The position numbers were made by a program, and so were the translations under genes. From Camelus dromedarius (Eukaryota): a stretch of 64,000 nucleotides of DNA. Shown here in pieces: positions 52,468-63,124 of this stretch; the first letter of the stretch is position 1; the number at the start of each line of letters is the position of its first letter. The DNA lies in assembly GCF_036321535.1 (NCBI RefSeq), contig NC_087437.1, positions 47,060,001-47,124,000 on the forward strand, read 5' to 3'. The notes beneath the pieces were generated by a model that was not told the DNA's origin, did no database searches, and saw only the letters and a list, made by a program, of their open reading frames with translations.

Positions 52468-53439
52468 TAATTTGAGTTACTTCCTTAGCAGGAATTAAAA
52501 TAAAACATGGATTCCTGTGTAAATTAATATTTGATTGAATGCAATCTCAGTAGGATATTGATCTGATTTTTGTGGGGGCAGTTTTTGTGTGTGTAACATC
52601 TAAAATTTCTGAATCTTAGAAAGCTGACAAATTCCTTTTTCATGAAACAGGCAACATAGGTCTCTTCTAATTTGCTGAGAAATGCTTCCACCCTTCCATA
52701 TTATCATCACTGGTTCCCATCAAAGGCATTCTCTATTCATTTTGATAAATGGCATAAGAATTCCTTGAAGACAAAAAAAGTTCCAGATTCCCAATAACTT
52801 TCCAGTTCATAAAAATGTTGTGTTTGGTGAGCTTATCTGGAAAAGTTTCAGGTTTAATGATGTTGGAAAAGCAATTCTACTGATTTATGTATGTGCTAAA
52901 AACTTTGCAAAACACAGAAATTCAAAACTCCTGCCTCCAAAATCTGTAAGCAAATTGATTTTTCAGAAAGACACACCAGATTTAACTTTTGGATTTTTTT
53001 TTTTGTATCTCTGGCATACAACAGAATCCCCCAAGAGCAGACATGACTCAGGTTTCAAAGAACACTGTTGAGGAGAGACTCTGCTCTAAGCAACAGGAAC
53101 CACAAATGTAAGCCCCAGGCTTTGCAGCAGGTCTTCACTTTCCCTTCCCCACAATGGGAATAAAAACATTTCCACTTCAGGAAACTGAAACCAAAGTTCC
53201 AACATTAGTGGAATTGCCTCTTTTCTCTCTCCTCTCATTACATGACACTTGACTTCCACTTAAGTCCCAGAAGCAAAAATAAAAGTGGAAATAAATCTCT
53301 CTGTGTGAAATAAAGGAATAAAGCATCCTCTTCCCATACCAATGAATACCCTGTCCTGGGCAGGGGCAGATCCCACTGGTGGAACTCTGAAAACAGTACA
53401 GTCCTTCAAGAGAGCAGCTTTGCAATGCATGCCAAAAGC

Positions 53440-54067
53440 CTCTGGAATGTTCACACATTTCAGGCCAATGATCCAGACCTGAAACTTTATCCTAAATAAA
53501 TATAATTAGAGATGTAGACAAAGATTTATGTAAAAAGACCTTCAGCAGAGCACTATGCTAATGAAAAATTTAAAAACCACCTGTGTGTTTAACAGTGGAT
53601 TTCTTAAATAGTCTAGGGAAGATTCATATGATAAAATATTATGCATCTATTAAAAAAGATTTGAAGAGGGGAGGGTATAGCTCAGTGGTAGAGTGCCTGC
53701 CTAGCATGCACAAGGTCCTGGGTTCAATTCCCAGCACCTGTGTTTGAAAAATAAATAAATAAATAAACCTAAAAAATTATCTCCCCCCATTAAAAAAGAA
53801 CATTAAAAAAAAAAGAAGAAACAAAAAAGGAAGAAAAAAAGTAATAAAAAAATAAAAAAGATTTGAAGATTTTAAAATAACATGGAAAACATGTTATAAT
53901 GTTAAGGAGAAAATTAACATAAAAACTACATATGCAATGTAATTCTAGTTTTTTAAATATTAATAATACATATTAATACGTTATCTGTGGATTATAGCAC
54001 TGCAGGAAACTTTTGTTTATATTGTCTACTTACTCTAACTTTCCAATCATGAGTATGTATCACTTTT
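53440..54067 (+). mobile_element. Ancient L1 (L1ME-like) 3' region, interrupted by the SINE and abutting the young L1
   Basis: acaaagatttatgtaaaaagaccttcagcagagcacta..aaatattatgcatctattaaaaa..catggaaaacatgttataatgttaag..atgagtatgtatcactttt. Confidence 0.7.
53668..53853 (+). mobile_element. tRNA-derived camelid SINE (vic-1-like)
   Basis: ggggagggtaTAGCTCAGTGGtagagtgcctgcctagcatgcacaaggtcctgGGTTCAATTCCcagcacc has Pol III A and B boxes and an A-rich tail; 16-bp TSD aaaaaagatttgaaga at 53652-53667 and 53854-53869. Confidence 0.9.
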
Positions 54068-55610
54068 CTCTTTTTTTAATTTTTTATTGAAGTGTAGCTG
54101 ATTTACAATGTTAGTTTCAAGTGTACAGCAAAGTGATTCAGTTATACATATACATATATATTTTCTTTTCAGATTCTTTTCCATTATATGTTATTATAAA
54201 AAATTGCATATAGTTCCCAGTGCTGTACAGTAGGTCCTTTTATTTATCTACTTTATATATAGTAATGTGTATGTGTTAATCCCCAACCCCTAATTTATCC
54301 CTCCCTGCTCTTTCCTCTTTGGTAACCATAGTTTGTTTTCTATGTACTTGAAACTGTTTTTGTAAACAGAATTTGTAGTACTTTTTTTGGATTCCATATA
54401 TAAGTGATATCATATAATATTTGTCTTTCTCTGTCTGACTTATTTCACTCAGTATGATAATCTCTAGGTCCATCCATGTTGCTGCAAATGGCATTATTTC
54501 ATTCTTCTTTGTGGCTGAGTAATATTCCATTGTGTGTATGTGTATACCACATCTTCTTTATCCAGTCATCTGTTTATGGACATTTAGATTGTTTCCATGT
54601 CTTGGCTATTGTAAATAGTGCTTCTGTGAACACTGGGGTGCATTTGTCTTTTCCAGTTATACTTTTCTCTAGATATATGCCTGGGCGTGGGATTGCTGGA
54701 TCATATGGTAAGTCTATTTTTAGTTTTTCAAGGAACCTCTACAATGTCCCTCATAGTGGCTGGACCAATTTACATTCCCACCAACAGTGTAGATGGGTTC
54801 CTTTTTCTTCATATCCGCTCCAGCATTTGTTATTTGTAGACTTTTTAATAATGGCCATTCTGACTGGTGTGAGGTGATACCTCATTGTAGTTTTAATTTG
54901 CATTTCTCTAATAATTAGCAATATTGAGCATCTTTTCATGTACTTATTGGCCATCTATAAGTCTTCTTTGGAGAAATGTCTATTTAGGTCTTCTACCCAT
55001 TTTTTTATTAGATTGTTTATTTTTTGATATTAAGCTATATGAGCTGTTTGGAAATTAGTCCCCTGTCAGTTATATCATTTGCAAATATTTTCCCCCATTC
55101 TGTAGGTTGTCTTTTCATTTTGCTTATGGTTTCCTTTGCTGTGCAAAAGCTTTTAAGTTTAATTAGGTCCCATTTGCTTACTTTTGCTTTTATTTCCATT
55201 ATTTCAGGAGTGGTTCGAAAAAAAATTGCTGAAATTTATGTCAAAGATCGTTCTGACTATGTTTTCTTCTAGGAGTTTCAGAGTATCCAGTCTTACATAT
55301 AGGTCTTTAATCCATTTTGAGTTTACTTTTGTATATGGTGGTAGAGAATGTTCTAATTTCATTCTTTTACATATAGCTGTCCAGTTTTCCCAGCACCACC
55401 TATTGAAGAGACTGTCCCCTCTCCACCATATATTCTTGCCTCCTTTGTCATATTATATTAATTGACCATAAGTGCACAGGCTCATTTCAGGACCCTTCAT
55501 CCTGCTCCATCAATCCACGTGTCTGTCCCTGTGCCAGAATCACACTGCCTTGATTACTGTAGCCTTGTAGTACAGTATGAAGTCAGGGAGCGTGATTCCT
55601 TCAGCTCCAT
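54068..55610 (-). mobile_element. 5'-truncated L1 (ORF2 C-terminus plus 3' UTR), cetartiodactyl/camelid type
   Basis: ORF track gives [38 protein letters not shown]; poly(T)-rich left end; TSD tcactttt at 54060-54067 and 55611-55618. Confidence 0.95.
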
Positions 55611-55703
55611 TCACTTTTATTATAAGAATTATACAGTGTTTTGTTTTTAGGTGGGAAAACAGGGCATGCAGTGAAGCCACCGTCATATCTAACCTATGCT
55701 CTT

Positions 55704-57443
55704 TTTTTTTAACATTTTTTATTGAGTTATAGTCATTTTACAATGTTGTGTCAAATTCTAGAGTAGAGCACAATTTTTCAGTTATACATGAACGTACATA
55801 TATTCATTGTCACATTTTTTTTTGCTATGAGCCACCACAACATCCTGTATATATTTCCCTGTGCTACACAGTACAATCTTGTTTATCTATTCTACTTTTT
55901 GAAATCCCAGTCTGTCCCTTCCCACCCCCCACCCCCTTGGCAACCACAAGTTTGTATTCTATGTCTATGAGTGTCTGTTTCTGTTTTGTATTTATGTTCT
56001 TTTTTATTTTTAGATTCCACATATGAGCGATCTCATATGGTATTTTTCTTTCTCTTCTGGCTTACTTCACTTAGAGTGACATTCTCCAGGAACATCCATG
56101 TTGCTGCAAATGGCATTATGCTGTCAGTTTTTATGGCTGAATAGTATTCCATTGTATAAATATACTACTTCTTCTTTATCCAGTCATCTGTTGATGGACA
56201 TTTAGGCTGTTTCCATGTTTTGGCTACTGTAAGTAGTGCTTCTATGAACATTGGGGTGCAGGTGTCTTTTTGAAGTAGGCTCCCTTCTGGATATATACCC
56301 AGGAGTGGGATTCCTGGGTCATATGGTAAGTCTATTCCTAGTCTTTTGAGGAATCTCCATACTGTTTTCCACAGTGGCTGCACCAAATTGCATTCCCACC
56401 AGCAGTGTAGGAGGGTTCCCCTTTCTCCACAGCCTTTCCAGCATTTGTCATTTGTGGACTTTTGAATGATGGCCATTCTGACTGGTGTGAGGTGATACCT
56501 CATCCTAGTTTTGATTTGCATTTCTCTGATAATTAGTGATACTGAGCATTTTTTCATGTGCCTATTGATCATTTGTATGTCTTCCTTGGAGAATTGCTTG
56601 TTTAGGTCTTCTGCCCATTTTTGGATTGGTTTGTTTGTTTTTTTCTTATTACATCGTATGAGCTGCTTATATATTCTGGAGATCAAACCTTTGCCGGTTT
56701 CATCATTTGCAAAACTTTTCTCCCATTCCGTAGGTTGTTGTTTTGTCTTACTTATGGTTTCCTTTGCTGTGCAGAAGCTTGTAAGTTTAATTAAGTCCCA
56801 TTTGTTTATTCTTGCTTTGATTTCTATTGCTTGGGTAGACTGCCCTAGGAAAACATTTTTGAGATGTATGTGAGATAATGTTTTGCCTGTTTTCTTCTAG
56901 GAGGTTTATTGTATCTTGTCTTATGTTTAAAGTCTTTGATCCATTTTGAGTTTATTTTTGTGGATGGTGTAAGGGAGTGTTCTAGCTTCATTGCTTTACA
57001 TGCTGCTGTCCAGTTTTCCCAACACCATTTGCTGAAGAGACTGTCTTTATTCCATTGTATATTCTTGCCTCCTGATTCGAAGATTAGTTGACCAAAAGTT
57101 TGTGGGTTCATTTCTGGGCTTCTATTCTGTTCCATTGATCTATGTCTGTTTTTGTACCAATACCTTGCTGTCTTGATTACTGTAGCTCTATAGTATTGTC
57201 TGAAGTCTGGAAGAGTTATTCCTCCAGCCTCTTTCTTTTTCTTCAGTAATGCTTTGGCAATTCTAGGTCTTCTGTGGTTCCATATAAATTTTATTATGAT
57301 TTGTTCTAGTTCTGTGAAATATGTCCTGGGTAATTTGATAAGGATTGCTTTAAATCTGTAGACTGCCGTGGGCAGTGTGACCATTTTAACAATATTGATT
57401 CTTCCAATCCAGGAGCATGGGATATCTTTCGATTTTTTTAAAG
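55704..57443 (-). mobile_element. 5'-truncated younger L1 with long ORF2 remnants
   Basis: ORFs 56845-57384 and 56165-56686 are L1 ORF2 ([43 protein letters not shown]) broken by frameshifts; TSD ctaacctat(g/a)ctctt at 55689-55703 and 57444-57458. Confidence 0.95.
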
Positions 57444-58964
57444 CTAACCTATACTCTTTTTTTTTTAACCTATACTCTTGATAAAAGTAACTTTACAAAT
57501 ACATTTCTGTATACAGAATGTATTTGTTTATATCCATTTTGCTGATTCTTTCCCTAAGTAAATTATGAAATGTAGAAATATTTATTAAGACTTTCTTAGA
57601 TGTCTAGCATTGAATAACACTTAGAAATTCTTCAATTAACAAGACATAATAGATTTTCCTATAGTTTTGCACAGTGGAACCTTTTACAATGAATGCTCAC
57701 ACACTTGCTAAAAAGCATTTTGTTAAATAATTCTTCTTCCACCCTAAAGATCTAGCAACATTTAGTGTGTTATTAAAATACACACATGAATGCAAACACC
57801 AACATACATATAAATCCTTGTCCTTTGGACCCAATTTTGGAGCCTACTGCATAGAAGGGATTTTTTGTTTTATTTCATTTTGTTTTTAAGACAGATGTCT
57901 TTTAATTAAGATATCGAAAGCAGCAGGTATCATATCTAATGCTACGCTGTGTAGGGTACATAATACTGCAGCGCCGTAAGTCATAAGAATAACAATAGCA
58001 ACTACTGATCATCTTCGCCTTGATTGCTTATAGATACACCATGTCTGGAGTGTCACATTGGTATACTGCATGTTTCCCCAAAGCAGGAATATTGCAGCTA
58101 GGCCCTGGGAAGTAAGAGAACCCAAATGAAATAAAACTCCAACAACTTTCACTGCTCTATTTTATGTTTTATTTTAAAACTGATTTATGTCTGATCCCCT
58201 GATAGGCTTCAGGAGGATGGAAATGCAGCCCCAGTAAGCTGTCTGCCAGATGCAATGGCTCAGCCAAAGAATGATGGCTTCAGAAAGTTGGTTAAACTAG
58301 CCTGTGCCAGTGCTTTCTCATGGGCATCCAGGGGAGGGAGAGGGCATCTTTATCTGTGTTTGGTGGTGGGAGGGGGAATGTTAGGGAGAAAGTTTCTCCC
58401 ATTCCGAAAGTTCAGGTAAATCAATTAACATGAATGTTCTATTATCATCTGCCTCCTTTTCCCATTTCAACCACAGGCATACAGAATGGTAATTCTTTGA
58501 AACCTGCTGATAGGAGTAACTGCTGATGGAAAGGGAGATTTCCTGCAGGACTTTCTCTCCTAATTTTCATGAATACAGACAGAAATACAATCAAAGAATC
58601 CCAGACAGTGATCCAAATCATGGCCTCACTAGATGGGCTTGTGCTTGTAGCCCACAGATCAGAGATCCTGTTCAGCTGCTGTCATTAGTATAGAATTATA
58701 TCTAATGTCAATTCTGTCCTTAGAAGAACTGTGAAAATCTATAGCTTATCTTTTAAAAAGGTTTACCAACCCCAACTTAAAAACATAGAGCTAGAAAATC
58801 AAAGGTAAAAACAGGCATGAATATTTGCCAGATGGGAAGAGAAAAAAAATATGCTGGTAAGCTCCAGTTTACACTTTTTCTTTTCTATGGTTTTAAAAAA
58901 TTCTTCTAGTACTTATATTTCTAGATATTTATAGGAGAACAATTAGGAATAAAAGTTTCATGAG

Positions 58965-59170
58965 ATAAAAACAATGCTGTATTATGAGTCAGAAGACATA
59001 TTTACAGGCTATGTGACCTTAGGGTAATCATTTAACTTCTCTCATCCTCAGTTTCCCCAGATGGAAATGGAACTGTTCATATTTGCCTTACCTCTCAGTA
59101 ACTTTGTTCTGAGGATCAAATATGTTTGTGTGAATATACTCCATAAACGTAATGTTTTAGAAACTATTAT
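58965..59170 (+). mobile_element. MIR SINE
   Basis: ctatgtgaccttagggtaatcatttaacttctctcatcctcagtttccccagatggaaatgg. Confidence 0.85.
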
Positions 59171-60394
59171 TCTATTAGTGAACTTTAAAAAATTTCTAAT
59201 GAGAAGGAAAATCTTTATGAAAAGTGATGTAGACAAATGAAAGGCACTTCAGTCATCTTGGAAATCAGACACTGTGCTTTAAATGTCAGATTTTCATCAA
59301 CTGTTTTAACTATTTTCTAGGGCTAAGACTTGACATTTATATTAGAGAATGCCTCTTTTATGGATCTAAACTGAGTCTTCAGAGTGAATCAGTTTCAGCT
59401 TTCACAGGAATGTAACAGGAAGGAAGCAGTTTCTAAACTAACTTTCCCGTTGTTCCTAGAAAAATACAACACGGCAAAAGCAGTTACTCTCTGTATTATT
59501 CAGAGCACAAATTATATACTCCAAAATACAATTAGCACTTGTATCTGTAACAGATAACTACACTTTCTGGTTATGTATCTATCAAATTTTCATTTTAATA
59601 GTGATGACTCATAATAAAATTATGCATTCATCATTCCATTCATTAAACTGTTTAACTTGCAGGCTGTGCATGTAAACTGCAAATTCTCTGCATATGTGAT
59701 CACATCATTCTCGCCCAGGCTCCAATTCTCAACCTAATATTTGTTAACATACACACATTCTTTTCAGAACAAGTTTTTTACGTGCATTCAGAGAGCAGAT
59801 GCCGTCAAAAATGTTATCAAGTTACAGATGCACAGAGTACACTTGCTGAATATGTTTGGTAATATAGTTCTGAAATATCACTTCAGTTCCTGCCTTCTGC
59901 TGCCCCAAACTTCATTCTCCAGGGAACCATCCAAAAAAGCAATGCTACGAATTACTAAATTCAATCCTCAGATCAGCTCTTTTTGATACAGGAGAATACA
60001 CTTTTAAACAAATTCAGCATAGGTTCTCTCTTGTTGAAAAAAGTGTGAGCACCAAAGATACTTTATTATCTGAAACCTCATCACAGGGAGAGAACTAAGG
60101 TGACAGTTATTGGAACGTGATCCAGAAAGCAAAAACAAAAACAAGAAACACAAGATATATGTGATCCAACAAGAGAAATTTTTATCTCCTCCAAGCCCCC
60201 TCTTTTTCCTAGCCATGCATCCTTTCTTCCTACCTTCTTTTCCCCTCTTTCCCATTCCTCTTACCTCCTCTCTAATCACTCATCTCCATCTTTCTTCTTG
60301 TTCAGTAAAAGCTAGCATTTATTCTAGTATTTCTGTTCACAAGAGCCTCTACTCTCCCTTATCAACATCCCTTGCCTTATTATTGCTGCAGTCT

Positions 60395-60510
60395 TACAAC
60401 AGCTATTCTGAACACCCCATTTCACAGGAAAGGCTCAAATAGGCTCTCAGCCAAGTTTCAAAATCAGGTGTCCTTATTCCAAAGCCTGTGCCCTCTTCCA
60501 ACACCATGAA
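60395..60510 (-). mobile_element. MIR SINE fragment
   Basis: ccccatttcacaggaaaggctca..ttccaaagcctgtgccctcttcc. Confidence 0.55.
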
Positions 60511-61899
60511 ATTCTTTCCTTCCTCCTACATGGATCTCTTCTCCTCTTCTTGCCCTCCCTTCAGCTTCCTTTCCTGGTTTCCTGCTCCTTCTCCACTACC
60601 TCAACAAACCATCTTCCACCCCACCCCCACTCCCATCTGAACTGTCTTTTCCAGAAGCCTCCTTCATCATCAGAGAGGTCAGTTGGCCTCTACCCCTCCA
60701 GGGACAGAGCCTTCTTAAAGCATCACTAATCATCTCTTCCCCAGCCCCACCCTTACTTCATCAAAAATCTTACCCTATCTCCTGTATTACTAACAGCTGT
60801 TCCCTGAATTAATCACTTGTAGGATCAGAGGGAAGTATCCACCTAGGGAGGTTTTCTGATTCTCTCTCTCCCTCTCTTTCTAAATCATATTTGGTGCTGT
60901 TAATTGTTTTCAGATTGTCATTTAAACACTTCCGTACATTTGAAAAAAGTATTTGGGATGTAAAATTTATAATTTTACTCACCCATCATTTTTTAAAGAG
61001 ACTATCATAAATTCATTTCCCCTGAAATAATCCTTCTTCCAGTACAAATTTTTAAATGATATGCTTTCCTATAAAAAATAAAAATAGAATTTTTTTACAA
61101 ATCCTGAAGAATTACCTCCCAACAATTTCATTTTGAAATTTTTGTGCTCTTACTTCAGTGTTGTCAGTCACTCCAATTACAAACTGTGAAAATGAGGTAC
61201 TAAAGACAATAATTTTATATTCCCCAGACTCTTTACAACTGTGAAATTTAATTACTCTGCTAAGAAATAATTCCTCTTGCATGATCTTGAGGCTAGTGAA
61301 AGGTTTTGGACAAAACACACACACAAAAATTTGTTTTTCTATTTTAAGAACTGAAAATTTGAAAAAGATTTTTTTTTGTCCTACCAACATAGTGGGAACA
61401 GAATTACTTTTTGGAATTTAAATTACAATATTTTCTGATTTTGATTTTGCCCCAGGGAAACCACTATAAGGATACTCAACCAGAATGAAATAGTTACAGT
61501 TTGTGATACAAGGAGATTTTTCCACTAAATCACATTTTATTCTTCAAAAGAAATTGTGACTAGTCAAGTAACAATTAAAATTCACATACAATCAGGGCAT
61601 AATCAAACTGACAACCAGAACTTTAAAAAAAAAAAAAAACCAGAGAGACAAAGAGGGAAAAAAGTGTCTTTTTTCAAATCAAACATCTGAGCAATTCAGA
61701 TATTGAATTCTTGCATATAACAAAAGATGAATGCTATGATCATAATAATATTTCTAGATAATAAATATTACCAGTAATTAAACAATGGTGATTTATAATC
61801 ATTCCCTTTCAGATTTTGTTTTGTAGTAGTTTCCGTTTGTTTGCTTGCTTGTTAATCATACCTCACTTTCAATTCTATAGACCAGTACATTTCCCTGCA

Positions 61900-62850
61900 T
61901 ATTCTATCTGCAGCTTTTCCTAAGCCCCTCCCCTGGAGCAGACCACTTGGTTTCCATAGTAACTAGTATATAACTATTGCTCCTGGGATAACAGGAGGGG
62001 AGACGGAACAGCAGAAGAAAAGGACTAAAATTGGGTGGTTCGAGCATAACGCATCCTCTGTGTTACTGAGAGCTACCAAGAACTTTCTTCTGCTTCCCTA
62101 TTTGGAAGAGTGCTTAGAACTTTTCAGAGTAGTGTTTCCAGCCAAGTTATACCCTCGTCTCTGCCCAATGGTAAGAAATTCCTCTTTCACCTTCCAGGAT
62201 CATGACTGTCCAAAGTGGATCGAGGTAGTACACACATCCCCATGCCTTCCACCTGTCATTCATTCTCTCCATTTGGACAGAAGTGCAGGACGTATGTTTG
62301 CTTCAAACTGAACACAAAGCTTTGTAAATCAGTATGAAAAAATAAATGTGCTCATTGATCCATTCAGTCCATCTGATACTTAATTTGAGATTTTATGTAA
62401 ATGTGTGCTCTGAATCCTACCTCAGTAATGATGAGAATGTTTCCTAGGGATTGATTCTCTTACCTAACTCAAGAGAATGCTTATTTTTGTAACTGGGAAG
62501 AGAAGGAGTCCCTTGCTGGGAGTGAGAATTGTTTGGGGAATTCTAGAATGTTTATTCCCAACTTCACTTTCCATGTAACAATAGCTATTTTCAAAAAGCA
62601 ATTTTCTTTCCTGTAGTTAAAGAGAATTGGGAAATCTGATCCGTTGGCAGGGTAGTGTTTGTCTCAGTCTTGTAAGGAAGTCTGAGCCCTCTCTCCCTTT
62701 TTAATATGAGAATTCGAAAGCAGTGGGGAAGTGATGTTGGACCTATCACAGCATTGCTAACAGACAGCCTATTACAGTATTTAATAAAAACAGAAACAGC
62801 ATGCCTATCATAGGCTAATAAATCCTGCTTCCTGCACGCTTTAAAAACAG
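61900..62850 (+). promoter_or_regulatory. Putative non-CpG-island promoter/proximal enhancer
   Basis: No recognisable repeats; X-box GTTTCCATAGTAAC (61950-61963), palindromic SOX pair ACAAAGCTTTGT (62314-62325), GATA-type CTATCA motifs, and locally more CpGs; lies just upstream of the candidate exon. Confidence 0.45.
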
Positions 62851-63124
62851 TAAGAAGCAGCTTCAACGGAGCTTCGGATAACTAATTTCAAGCATGGCTG
62901 TCTAGCGTGCCTGTCACTCCTATTGTCCTTCCAAACTCTTTCAGACATTTTGAGCAGGGAGTATTAAAGCTATGAGTTAGAAAGGGTTGTGACATTAATG
63001 GTCCAGAAAGGCTTTAGGCACAAGAGGCAATGATGATTACCGGTGGCTATTTGGAGGACTGCACTGGATCGCTGTCATTAAAAATTAAACGTGGCTTTTG
63101 AGGAAGATGTGACAACTACCGGAG
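62850..63124 (+). other. Putative non-coding first (5'-UTR) exon of a large gene; tentatively resembles a SOX6 alternative first exon (unverified recollection)
   Basis: Unique sequence ending at the donor-like ACCGGAG|GTAGGA (63124/63125). Every ATG closes within the exon, so it is non-coding. The start coordinate is a guess, and gene identity cannot be established from this window. Confidence 0.45.

Noticed and set aside
53668..53740. tRNA gene
   Set aside because: tRNA-like head, but followed by an A-rich tail and flanked by 16-bp TSDs, so it is a SINE.
54276..57384. Host protein-coding gene from the longer ORFs
   Set aside because: Minus-strand ORFs are fragmented L1 ORF2/3' sequence, and the plus-strand ORFs are their antisense shadows. 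No ORF1 or 5' UTR is present, so neither copy is an active L1.
63030..63120. C/D-box snoRNA suggested by ATGATGA (also near 13195, 15841, 62428, 63819)
   Set aside because: No convincing D box plus terminal stem seen; the heptamer is expected by chance in AT-rich DNA.
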